Assembly: GCA_965204755.1 (NCBI GenBank)
Contig: OZ242011.1
Location: 1,984,001 to 2,048,000 of the forward strand
DNA: 64,000 nucleotides
Direction: 5' to 3'
From: Candidatus Marinacidobacterium sp.
Lineage (GTDB): Bacteria > Acidobacteriota > Vicinamibacteria > Marinacidobacterales > Marinacidobacteraceae
Under the pieces are notes generated by a model. That model saw only the letters and a program-made list of their open reading frames with translations. It made no database searches and had not been told where the DNA came from. Numbering within the stretch: the stretch's first letter is position 1; each line of letters starts with the position of its first letter. The position numbers were made by a program, and so were the translations under genes. This document shows, piece by piece, positions 21,901-30,189 of this stretch.

Positions 21901-22176
21901 GACGCGCTGCATCGGACGATGCGCCTCTGGACGGAGGGCGACCAGGGAAAGGTGGACGCCTACATCGCGCAGACGGGTTACGCGGAGAGCGAACTGTTCG
22001 GGCGCGTCCTCCAGGCGGTGATCGAGATGGCGGAACCGGATTCCGACGAGCGCAGCCTGCTGGAATCCATCCAGAACCATGTCCCGGCGTTCCGCGCCGC
22101 CGCCCCCGCGCCTTCGGGGCCCCGGCCGGCGAGACTCCCCTTCGCGCCGCCGCCCGACCCGGAACCCGCCCAATGA
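18928..22176 (+). CDS. DUF1156 adenine-specific DNA methyltransferase with Zn ribbons
   Basis: KRLIEVAFPL, LHIWPARRPLAASR, DPFAGGGAIPLEA, CxxC pairs, TDPPYYD. Confidence 0.92.
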   Translation: MTGKRLIEVAFPLERVSKDSVHEKNVRHGHISTLHIWPARRPLAASRGVILSTLLPDSGNSDRRRRVLERMAGHWVVMRDKEGEVVGRVWKDGIFHWGEENQPELDAFREEVRDAFGGRAPRVLDPFAGGGAIPLEAMRLGCEVEAADLNPVAWFILRCTLHYPKLTSGERRLPERLSAYPSFGEARRWAESEEFRRSRGVGRRGRRRKADAEETAPALLVPGQARAPAVPFAWHLRAWGERVLTGARRELAARYPVYADFEPKRRKGRRRDYDLPDIEFEPRPMRQLQPDDEGKVSVDALNEEFSEEYLEDERNPRWVAKPPVAYLWARTAKCAGCRAEVPLLKTRWLCRKPGGASRPAKRVLLTMTPRADGSGVDFGLEHEVPEEAGSPADRRESDRKLGAGTMTRRGATCPCCGAIATMADLRQEGRAGRLGERMTAVVVDGQRGKEYRLPTEAEFAAAEVGEEELEGLYAGIPFGLPDEPTPPEGALGMRIPRYGFDTWRRLFTNRQLLAIGILLREIRACAGEMEEYPEAWREGLMAFLAPSVSRVADRGSALATWTNNPEKIRSTFARFALPIVWDFAESCPLSDTTGGFLQAVEWIARVASHVGEAGESAPDATVSLRSAADAPSGQFDLICTDPPYYDAIPYSDLMDFFYIWLRRALHGLSDDTDRAFAARLGPKWDADANDGELIDDANRFDGSRKASKRNYEDGMARCFARFRDALRDDGRFVVVFASKDPNAWETLVSAIIRSGFVVTASWPIQTEMATRQRGRASAALASSIWLVCRKRPAARRGWDNRILKEMRSNIRERLRQFWDAGIRGPDLVWAATGPALEVFSRHPFVSNADTEGERMSVAEFLQQVRRLVVGFAVDRVLAPDDDGEDASVAESLDDPTTYYLLHRNDFGLDPAPAGACILYSLSCGVSDSDLGGRLDFLVRKESRGAGDEDAEEERDDEEGGASGDKLRLKPWARRRPTIGDPGADGSPPPLIDALHRTMRLWTEGDQGKVDAYIAQTGYAESELFGRVLQAVIEMAEPDSDERSLLESIQNHVPAFRAAAPAPSGPRPARLPFAPPPDPEPAQ

Positions 22177-23438
22177 TCCGCCGCCTCCAAGTCCTGAACT
22201 ACCGGGGGCTCCGTTACCTGGACCTCCGGTTGGCCCCGTTCCAGATCCTCGTCGGCCGGAACGCGAGCGGGAAGAGCGCGGCGCTGGACGCCATCGCGTT
22301 CCTCCGCGACCTGGTCGCCTCCGGGCTCGAGGCGGCCGTCGAGAAGCGGACGCGCAACTTCCGGGACCTGGTGTGGGGCCGCCCGACCGGGGAGTCGGGC
22401 TTCGAACTCGCCGTGGAGTGCGGCCTCGCGGCGCGCGACCCCGAAGCGCCGTCGGACCCCGGAGACGACCGGGTATTCCGCTACGAAGTCGCCATCCGCG
22501 AAGTGGACGGAGCGCCCCGGATCACCGCGGAGCGCGGCCTGCTCGGGCCGCTCGGCGCGTCCGGCTTCGGGAGGCGGCGCGCCCGGTTCCCCGACCCGCC
22601 GCCCGCTCCGGGAACGATCTTCGTGGACGCCGCGAACGGGGACTACCGGCAGGTGCTCGCGCGGACCGACGCCGGCGCCTGGCGCTATGAACCGGAGACC
22701 GCGCCGGCGGTGGCCGAGCCCTGGGAGTCGCCCTACACCTTCGGCGCCGGTCGCCCGGCGCTCGCCCACCTCCCGGACGCCCCGGACGACTTCCCGGCGG
22801 CGTTTCGAGTCCGCCGGCTGCTCGCGGAAGTCCGCCGCCTGTTCGCGGCCCCCGCCGCCCTTCGCCGGCCCAGCCCGTATTCGTGGGACGCGAAGTCGCT
22901 GTCCCCCGACGGCGGCAACCTTCCCTGGGTCGTCCGGCGCCTCCGCTCCGAAGACGAAGAGGCGTTCGCGCACTGGTTGGAGCATGTGCGCTCCGCCCTC
23001 CCCGAGGTCGAAGACGTGCGGGTCGTCGTGCGGGAAGAGGACCGCCACGCGTACCTGATGGTTCGGAACAACGCCGGCCACGAGGTTCCGTCGTGGTCGG
23101 TCTCCGACGGCGCGCTCCGGCTGATGGCGCAAACGCTCCCGCTCTACGCGCGCTCCCCGGAGACGATCTGCCTGATCGAAGAGCCGGAAGCCGGGGTGCA
23201 CCCGGCGGTGATGCAGGAGGTGCTCGACGCGCTGCAGCCGGCCGGCGACCGCCAGGTGCTCGCGGCTACGCAGTCCGCGGCGCTTCTCGCGGAGGCCGAC
23301 CCGAAGACGATTCTCTACTTCTCCAAAACCGCGAACGACGCGGCCGATGTCTGCCCGGCGCTCGGGCATCCGAAGTTGAAGACCTGGGACGGCGACCCCG
23401 ACTTCGCCATGTTCTTCGCGTCCGGGATCCTGGACTGA
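22173..23438 (+). CDS. ABC-type AAA ATPase, Mad3-like, copy 1
   Basis: GRNASGKS Walker A, SVSDGALRL signature, LIEEPE Walker B; H-loop ATQS. Confidence 0.82.
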   Translation: MIRRLQVLNYRGLRYLDLRLAPFQILVGRNASGKSAALDAIAFLRDLVASGLEAAVEKRTRNFRDLVWGRPTGESGFELAVECGLAARDPEAPSDPGDDRVFRYEVAIREVDGAPRITAERGLLGPLGASGFGRRRARFPDPPPAPGTIFVDAANGDYRQVLARTDAGAWRYEPETAPAVAEPWESPYTFGAGRPALAHLPDAPDDFPAAFRVRRLLAEVRRLFAAPAALRRPSPYSWDAKSLSPDGGNLPWVVRRLRSEDEEAFAHWLEHVRSALPEVEDVRVVVREEDRHAYLMVRNNAGHEVPSWSVSDGALRLMAQTLPLYARSPETICLIEEPEAGVHPAVMQEVLDALQPAGDRQVLAATQSAALLAEADPKTILYFSKTANDAADVCPALGHPKLKTWDGDPDFAMFFASGILD

Positions 23439-24091
23439 TGGCGAGAGGGAGCGTCCGGAAACTCCTGGTCGTCGTGCCCGATCGGCATCTTCGCGCTTCG
23501 CTCGAAACGCTGATCGGCCAGCGCTGGAAGGACCTCGGGATGCGCCCGGAGCCTTTCGAAGTGCGACGACACCCGGATTCCGATCCGGGCTGTCGGATGG
23601 CGACCGTTGCGTTCCTGCGGACCCTCGAACACGACTACGAGCGGGTACTCGTCGTTTTCGACCACGACGGCTGCGGCAGCGGCGATTCCCCGGAGGAAAT
23701 CGAACGGCGGGTCGAGGCCGATCTGGCCGCAAACGGTTGGCGCGGAAGGTCGAGGGTGATCGTCATCGCTCCCGAACTGGAGGCTTGGGTGTGGGGGCGC
23801 TCGGAAGGCGCCCTCCGGGCTCTCGGTTGGAAGGCCGGCTTCCCGGCGCTCCGGAACTGGCTCGCCGGACAAGGCCGGTGGCCGCCGGCGGAGCCCAAGC
23901 CGCCCGACCCGAAGGAAGCAGTGGCGTTGGCGCTGCGCCTGCGCCATCGGGTTCCGGATGCCCGATTCTTCAGGAGTTTGGCTGCCGCCGCGGACTTCGC
24001 CGACTGCCGCGACCGCGCGTTCCGTGAACTCCGCGCCACCCTGTGCGCTTGGTATCCGCCGGTCCCGCGGCCGAAGAGGTATGGATCGTGA
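23438..24091 (+). CDS. Mad4-like protein (DUF4276/TOPRIM-like), copy 1
   Basis: HPDSDPGC, VVFDHDGCG, PELEAWVW, KPPDPKEA, DCRDRAF. Confidence 0.75.
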   Translation: MARGSVRKLLVVVPDRHLRASLETLIGQRWKDLGMRPEPFEVRRHPDSDPGCRMATVAFLRTLEHDYERVLVVFDHDGCGSGDSPEEIERRVEADLAANGWRGRSRVIVIAPELEAWVWGRSEGALRALGWKAGFPALRNWLAGQGRWPPAEPKPPDPKEAVALALRLRHRVPDARFFRSLAAAADFADCRDRAFRELRATLCAWYPPVPRPKRYGS

Positions 24092-24206
24092 TGACACGGC
24101 CGGTGGCCGGGAGGGGACGCTCCGTTCTCGCACGGCGCCGACCCCGCGCCGCTCCCCCCGCGCGGGGGGAAGATTCCCGACCGGTCACCGTTCCGGGGCC
24201 CGTATC

Positions 24207-25472
24207 GTGATCCGCCGCCTCCAAGTCCTGAACTATCGGGGCATCCGCTACCTGGATCTTCGGTTGGCCCCGTTCCAGGTCCTCGTCGGTCGGAATGCGA
24301 GCGGGAAGAGCACGGTGCTGGACGCGATCGCGTTCCTGCGCGACTTGGTTGCCTCCGGGCTCGACCTGGCGGTCGAGAGGCGGACGCGCAACTTCCAGGA
24401 CCTGGTGTGGGGCCGGCCGACCGAGGACCTCGGCTTCGAACTCGCCGTGGAGTGCGGTCTCGCGGGATTCGCTCCGGAAGCGCCGCCGGCCCCCGAAGAC
24501 GACCGGGTGTTCCGCTACGAGGTCGCCGTCCGCGAAGAGGAGCGGGCGCCGCGGATTACGGCGGAGCGCGGGTTGCTCGGGCGCTTGGGAGCGCCCGGCT
24601 TCGGGAAGCGGCGCGCGCGGTTTCCGGACCCGCCGCCCGCGCCGGAGACGATTTTCGTGGATGCGCGGACCGGGGAGTACCGGCAGGTGCTCTCGCGGAC
24701 CGACGCCGGCGCGCTCCGCTTCGAGCCGGAGACGGCGCAGTTGGTGAGTGAACCGCGGGAGTCCCCGTATTCCTTCGGCCCGGGACGGCCGGCTCTCGCC
24801 CACCTCCCGGACGCGCCGGACGACTTCCCGGCGGCGCTTCGAGTCCGCCGGCTGCTGACGGAGGTCCGCAGCCTGTTCGTGGATTGCGCGGCCCTTCGCC
24901 GACCCAGCCCGTATTCCCGGGACACGAAGTCGCTCTCCTCCGACGGCGGCAACCTTCCCTGGGTCGTTCGGCGTCTTTGCTCCGAGGACGAAGAGCGGTT
25001 CGAGCACTGGCTGGAGAACTTGCGCTTCTCGCTGCCCGAGGTCGAAGGGGTGCGGGTCGTCGTGCGGGAAGAGGATCGGTGCGCCTACCTGATGGTTCGC
25101 TACGCGGCCGGCCACGAAGTTCCCTCGTGGTCGGTATCCGACGGCACGCTCCGCCTGATGGCGCAGACGCTGCCGCTCCATGCGCGCGCCCCGGAGACGA
25201 TCCACCTGATCGAGGAACCGGAAGCCGGCGTGCATCCGGAGGTGATGCAGGATGTGCTCGATGCGCTGCAGCCGGCGGGCGACCGCCAGGTGCTCGCGGT
25301 TACGCAGTCCCCGGCGATCCTGGCGGATGCCGACGCGAAGACGGTCCTCTGCCTGGCCAAGGACGAGCGCGGCCTGCTCGATGCGATTCCGGCGCTTTCG
25401 CATCCGCGCATGGATGGTTGGATCGGCGCCCCGCACCTGGGCAACCTCTTCGCCGGAGGACTGCTCGGATGA
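24207..25472 (+). CDS. ABC-type AAA ATPase, Mad3-like, copy 2 (no downstream partner)
   Basis: Close paralogue of copy 1; GRNASGKS, SVSDGTLRL, IEEPEAGVHP, VTQSP. Confidence 0.8.
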   Translation: MIRRLQVLNYRGIRYLDLRLAPFQVLVGRNASGKSTVLDAIAFLRDLVASGLDLAVERRTRNFQDLVWGRPTEDLGFELAVECGLAGFAPEAPPAPEDDRVFRYEVAVREEERAPRITAERGLLGRLGAPGFGKRRARFPDPPPAPETIFVDARTGEYRQVLSRTDAGALRFEPETAQLVSEPRESPYSFGPGRPALAHLPDAPDDFPAALRVRRLLTEVRSLFVDCAALRRPSPYSRDTKSLSSDGGNLPWVVRRLCSEDEERFEHWLENLRFSLPEVEGVRVVVREEDRCAYLMVRYAAGHEVPSWSVSDGTLRLMAQTLPLHARAPETIHLIEEPEAGVHPEVMQDVLDALQPAGDRQVLAVTQSPAILADADAKTVLCLAKDERGLLDAIPALSHPRMDGWIGAPHLGNLFAGGLLG

Positions 25473-25581
25473 GAGATTCCGGGTCCTTGCCGCCATCTGG
25501 TGCGGAGGGGAGATCCGGCGTCGTGTGCGCCGCGTATCTCCTCGCCGGGACTCGCCTGGGTCCGCCTGCCGCAGTCGCCTC

Positions 25582-26083
25582 ATGATCCGCCGTCTCCAAG
25601 CCCGGAACTACCGCTGCCTCCGGTATGTGGATCTCCGCTTGGACCGCTTCCAGGTCCTTGTCGGCCCGAACGCCAGCGGCAAGAGCACCGTGCTCGATGC
25701 GGTGGGTTTCTTGGGCGATCTGGTCGCTTCCGGGGTCGAGGCGGCGGTGGAACGGCGCTCGCCGGACTTCCGGGACCTCGTTTGGGCCCGCCCGGAAAGA
25801 GGTGACGGCATCGGCTTCGAACTCGCCGTGGAGTGCGGCCTCTCGGCGCGCGACCCGGAAACGCCGTCGGCCCCCGGAGACGACCGGGTATTCCGCTACG
25901 AGGCCGCCCGATCCCAGGAAGGCAGCCGAACGCGTGCTGGAACGAAACCACCGGCCGATCACGGCTCGCTTCTATCGAGAGTTGGCGAAGACGGCGGACT
26001 TCCGGGACTGCACGGATCCCGCGTTCTGCGCCCTGCGCGACACTCTCCGGGACTGGTATCCCGCGGCGCCGGAACCGCCCTGA
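25582..26083 (+). pseudogene. Deleted Mad3-like/Mad4-like pair: ATPase N-terminus joined to Mad4-like C-terminus
   Basis: ATPase sequence stops at ..RVFRYE (~25902). Another frame then reads PPDPRKAAERVL..DFRDCTDPAFCALRDTLRDWYP, matching the end of 29548-30189. Confidence 0.8.
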
Positions 26084-26426
26084 GTCTCGGTGCGGAGCTC
26101 TTCGGTGAGCGAACGGGGGATCGGACTCGCGGTGAGGTGTGATCTCACCGAGCAGGACCGCGAGGCGCTCTCGAAACTAAGGACGATCCGGTGCGCGGTG
26201 GAACGGCAACCACGCTCCCGAGCGCTGCCGAGACGCCGGCCATCGGCAGCGACCGGTGCGCACCGAGCGCATCCCTCGGCCGGCATCGGACTCCGCCGGC
26301 CGATATAGACTTCCGTCGCGGTGCTGGCAGTCACCGATATCGGTGCGCCGCCGTCGAGACTTCGCGCCGTTCCCGGCGATGCCGGGGTCGTAGCCATTCC
26401 GAGCGAGACACTCCCGCACTCAGACG

Positions 26427-27908
26427 ATGACACCCGACGCCGCCTGCCGCGTCTCCGTCCGCGACTTCGGCCCCGTCTCCTCCGCCGCGTTCGACCTGCG
26501 TCCGCTCACCGTCCTGGTAGGGCCCAGCAATACCGGCAAGTCGTATCTCGCTACCTTGGTGTATGCGTTCCTCCAGTGCTTCGGCCCCGCCGGTCGGAAT
26601 CGATCCGCCGTCGCGTTCGATCTACGCGACGACTTCGATGCCATGCCCGACGGAATACCGTCGTCCGCGATCTCCGAATTCTCCCAGTGGGTCATTCGGG
26701 TCCAGGAGACGCGCGCCCCGTCGCCGCTGCCGGCGAGCATATCCGCTCGTCTTCATGCCTTCGTGAAGAACGGCAAAGGACTTCCCGAAGAGTTCACCCG
26801 CCGGTTGCCGCGCTACTACGGAAAACACGATCTGCGCCGCCACCGCGCGAACCACGCGACACTCGAAGTCGAGTGTGTCACTCCGGACAACAATTCAATC
26901 GGTTACCGGTTCGATTTGCTCCGGGACGATCCGAAAGTCACCGGCCGGATCAGCGACGCTCTCCTGAGTCCGCCCACCGTGGTCGACGAACTGGCGCGGC
27001 GGGCCTACGCGCACGCCAACCTGCCTTCTCCCGCCGACGAATCGGACGGCCGGAAGCACCTCAGATGGCTGACTCTGCGCATTTTCGAGGACGCGGTCGC
27101 CCCGCTGCGGCGACCGGTCTATTACCTTCCCGCCAGTCGCACCGGACTTCTGCATAGCCACCTGGGTGTCGTGACCAGCCTCATCGAGAACGCCGCCGAT
27201 CCCACGGCCCTGCCTTCAACCGAACCGAACTTGTTGTCGGTCGTTTCGGCAGACTTCCTGAACAGGATGCTCCGGGCGCGCTCCTTCGATGGAGGTGTGC
27301 GGCCGCCAGAGTTGTTGGACTCGGCCGAGCGCCTGGAGACGGAACTTCTCGGCGGTCGCGTGGATGTCGGACGCGATGAAATCGGCGCTTCGCGTTTCAC
27401 CTATCGACCGACTACCTGGAAGAAGGCCATGCCCTTGGCCTCGGCCTCCTCCATGGTCTCCGAACTCGCGCCCGTCGTGATTTTCCAGCGATACATCCTT
27501 CGACCCGGTGATCTGATCGTTATCGAAGAGCCCGAGGCCCACTTGCACCCGGCGACCCAGGCGGCCTTCGTCCGGTGCCTCGCCCGAGTCGTCCGCGCCG
27601 GCGTTCGCGTGCTGCTCACCACGCACTCGGAGTGGGTGATGGAGGCCGTCGGGAACCTGGTGAGCGCCTCGCGGCTGCCCGAAGAGGCGAGAGGGAGGAT
27701 CGCCGGCAGCGACACGACACTGGCGCCGGAGGAAGTCGGCGTGTGGCTGTTTCGGGAAGCCGAGGGGTCCGGGGGCTCCACCGTGGAGGAGATCACGATC
27801 GATCCCGAAGTCGGTCTCTATCCCGCCGGGTACGACCGGACGGCAGACACCCTCTACAACAACAGCGTCCGCATCTCCAACGAGTTGCGGCGGCTCGCGG
27901 GATCGTGA
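26427..27908 (+). CDS. AAA_15/AAA_21 ABC-type ATPase of a second family
   Basis: VRDFGPV, GPSNTGKS, YLPASRTG, ASSMVSELAP, VIEEPEAHLHP, TTHS. Confidence 0.87.
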   Translation: MTPDAACRVSVRDFGPVSSAAFDLRPLTVLVGPSNTGKSYLATLVYAFLQCFGPAGRNRSAVAFDLRDDFDAMPDGIPSSAISEFSQWVIRVQETRAPSPLPASISARLHAFVKNGKGLPEEFTRRLPRYYGKHDLRRHRANHATLEVECVTPDNNSIGYRFDLLRDDPKVTGRISDALLSPPTVVDELARRAYAHANLPSPADESDGRKHLRWLTLRIFEDAVAPLRRPVYYLPASRTGLLHSHLGVVTSLIENAADPTALPSTEPNLLSVVSADFLNRMLRARSFDGGVRPPELLDSAERLETELLGGRVDVGRDEIGASRFTYRPTTWKKAMPLASASSMVSELAPVVIFQRYILRPGDLIVIEEPEAHLHPATQAAFVRCLARVVRAGVRVLLTTHSEWVMEAVGNLVSASRLPEEARGRIAGSDTTLAPEEVGVWLFREAEGSGGSTVEEITIDPEVGLYPAGYDRTADTLYNNSVRISNELRRLAGS

Positions 27909-28099
27909 GCGGCCTCGTGGCCTCCGTGCGCGCCGCGGTGGCGCCGGAAGCGGTCGATAGCCGGATCGACCGGGACGGCTGCCGCAGCGACCTCCTGCGC
28001 CGCGCGATCCGCCTGCGCAACGAGATCCGCCAGCCGCTCCTGTTCCAGTGCGGCGACTCCCTGGAGCCGCTCTTCTCCGACCAGAACCCCGCGGCGTAG
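27905..28099 (+). pseudogene. Short GTGA-coupled ORF, probable internally deleted partner of the ATPase
   Basis: 64 codons (VSGLVASVRAAV...LFQCGDSL), coupled to the ATPase stop; too short for a complete effector. Confidence 0.4.
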
Positions 28100-28114
28100 A
28101 GCCGCTCGGGAGAC

Positions 28115-28245
28115 CGGGTTTCTGGACGAAACGACTTGCCCCTCACGGCCCGCTCCCGTCGAGACTCGGCGCGAACGACAGACCGCCGGGATCGCCGGGA
28201 CGCAGAATTCCGCACACGCCGCGACCTGCTGAGTGGTATCCCCGC
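28115..28245 (+). pseudogene. Degenerate Mad4-like C-terminal remnant
   Basis: RVSGRNDLPLTARSRRDSARTTDRRDRRDAEFRTRRD..EWYP aligns by eye with RVLERNHRPITARFYRELAKTADFRDCTDPAFCALRD..DWYP. Confidence 0.55.
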
Positions 28246-28285
28246 GCGCCGGCGCTAATCTGCGTTCGCCCGCCGCAGTCGCCTC

Positions 28286-29551
28286 ATGATCCGCCGTCTC
28301 CAAGCCCGGAACTACCGCTGCCTCCGGTATGTGGATCTTCGGTTGGACCGCTTCCAGGTCCTCGTCGGGCCGAACGCCAGCGGCAAGAGCACCGTGCTCG
28401 ATGCGGTGCGCTTCCTGGGCGATCTGGTTACTTCCGGGGTCGAGGCGGCGACGGAACGGCGCTCGCCGGACTTCCGGGACCTGGTGTGGGCCCGCCCGGA
28501 AGGCGGTGACGGCCTCGGCTTCGAACTCGCCGCCGAATTCGATCTCTCCGACGAAGACCCCGCCGCGCCCGAGGCGCCGCCCGATGACCGGGTGTTCCGC
28601 TACGAAGTCGCGGTCCGACAGGAAGACGGGGCGCCGCGCATCGCCCGGGAGCGCGGTCTCCTGGGTCGGCTCGGCGTCGGGGCTTTCCGACAGCGGCGTC
28701 AACGGTTCCCCGACCCGCAAGCCCCGCCGGAGACGATCTTCGTGAACGAAAACACTGCCGGCTACCGGCAGGTGTTGACGAAGTCCGGCGCGGGGCAGTC
28801 GCGCATCGAGCCGGAGTCGCGGGACCGGGTTGCGGAGGCGTGGGCGCCCGCCTGCGCCGTCGGCGGAGGCCGCTCCGCCCTCTCCGATCTACCGGGAGGG
28901 CCGGACGAGTTTCCCGCGGCGACTCGGAGCCGGCGGCTGCTGACCGAGACCCGACGACTCTTCCTCGACAGCGCCGCGCTTCGCCGACCTTCGCCTCCCG
29001 CGCCGCCGGGCGCCCTCTCCCCGGACGGATCCAACCTCGCTTGGCTCGTCCGGGAACTCCGGGCCGAGGACGAGCGGCGCTTCGCCGGATGGCTGCGGCA
29101 GGTGCGCTGCGCGCTGCCCGATGTCGTGGATGTTCGCGTGGTCGTCTCGGACGACGACCGCGCCCATCTGATGATCCGCTACGACACCGGTTTCGAGATT
29201 CCTTCGTGGGCGGTGTCCGAAGGAACGCTGCGCTTCCTGGCGCTGAGCCTCGTCCTTTTCCTTCCTGCGCCGGAGGTCATCTACCTGATCGAAGAACCGG
29301 AGGACGGCGTGTATCCACTGCTGATGCAGGATGTGGGAGAGGCGCTGTCGCCCGTGCATGGGCCGCAGGTTCTCGTGGCCACGCATTCTCCGGCGATGCT
29401 CACGGAAATGGAACCCAAGAACCTTCTATGTCTCGCGAAGGACGCGAACGGCGCGCCCGATGTCATCCCGGCAACCGCGCACCCCGATCTCGGTGACTGG
29501 GACGGGGTTCCCCGTGTCAGCGCACTGTTCGCTGCGGGAGCCCTGGAGTGA
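28286..29551 (+). CDS. ABC-type AAA ATPase, Mad3-like, copy 4
   Basis: GPNASGKS, AVSEGTLRF, LIEEPEDG, intact H-loop ATHSP. Confidence 0.85.
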   Translation: MIRRLQARNYRCLRYVDLRLDRFQVLVGPNASGKSTVLDAVRFLGDLVTSGVEAATERRSPDFRDLVWARPEGGDGLGFELAAEFDLSDEDPAAPEAPPDDRVFRYEVAVRQEDGAPRIARERGLLGRLGVGAFRQRRQRFPDPQAPPETIFVNENTAGYRQVLTKSGAGQSRIEPESRDRVAEAWAPACAVGGGRSALSDLPGGPDEFPAATRSRRLLTETRRLFLDSAALRRPSPPAPPGALSPDGSNLAWLVRELRAEDERRFAGWLRQVRCALPDVVDVRVVVSDDDRAHLMIRYDTGFEIPSWAVSEGTLRFLALSLVLFLPAPEVIYLIEEPEDGVYPLLMQDVGEALSPVHGPQVLVATHSPAMLTEMEPKNLLCLAKDANGAPDVIPATAHPDLGDWDGVPRVSALFAAGALE

Positions 29552-30189
29552 CGGGTACCGACACGCGTCCGCGCCTCTTGGTGTTGACGGCCGATCGGCA
29601 CTCGACCGTGTCCGTCCGCACGCTCCTCGACACCCGGCGGAGGGCCTTGGGCATTCGACGCCTGGAGTTCCGGATACTCCGGCATCCCGAGTCCGACCCG
29701 GGTTGCCGGAAGCACGCCGTGGAGGAAGTGCGGCCTTACCTCCGCCGATTCGATCGGCTCGTCGTCGTGTTCGATCATGCCGGCTGCGGCAGCGCCGACC
29801 CGCCGGAACAAATCGAACGAACTCTGGAAGACGTCCTTGCCCGGAACGGCTGGAGGGATCGCGTGAAGGTCATCGTGGTCGCGCCCGAACTCGAAGCGTG
29901 GATCTGGGGGAGATCGGAGGCCGTGGCGCGAGTGCTCGGTTGGGAGGGCGGATTCGCCGCGCTCAGGACTTGGCTCGCCGAGCAGGGCCTTTGGCCTCCG
30001 GGAGACCCCAAGCCTCCCGACCCGAAACGAGCCGCCGAGCGGGTTCTCGGCCGGCGCGGAACGAGACTTACGGCCGACTTGTTCCGGGAATTGGCGTCAC
30101 GGGCGAGTTTCCGCGACTGCCGGGACCCCGCGTTCTGCGCGCTGCGCGACACTCTGCGGGAGTGGTATCCCGCGGGAGACGAACCATGA
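29548..30189 (+). CDS. Mad4-like protein, second intact copy
   Basis: LLVLTAD, HPESDPGC, VVFDHAGCG, PELEAWIW, KPPDPK. Confidence 0.78.
   Translation: MTGTDTRPRLLVLTADRHSTVSVRTLLDTRRRALGIRRLEFRILRHPESDPGCRKHAVEEVRPYLRRFDRLVVVFDHAGCGSADPPEQIERTLEDVLARNGWRDRVKVIVVAPELEAWIWGRSEAVARVLGWEGGFAALRTWLAEQGLWPPGDPKPPDPKRAAERVLGRRGTRLTADLFRELASRASFRDCRDPAFCALRDTLREWYPAGDEP

Noticed and set aside
22173-30189. Complete MADS system
   Set aside because: Only Mad3/Mad4-like genes are present; no type I-like MTase/specificity subunit or kinase genes are recognisable
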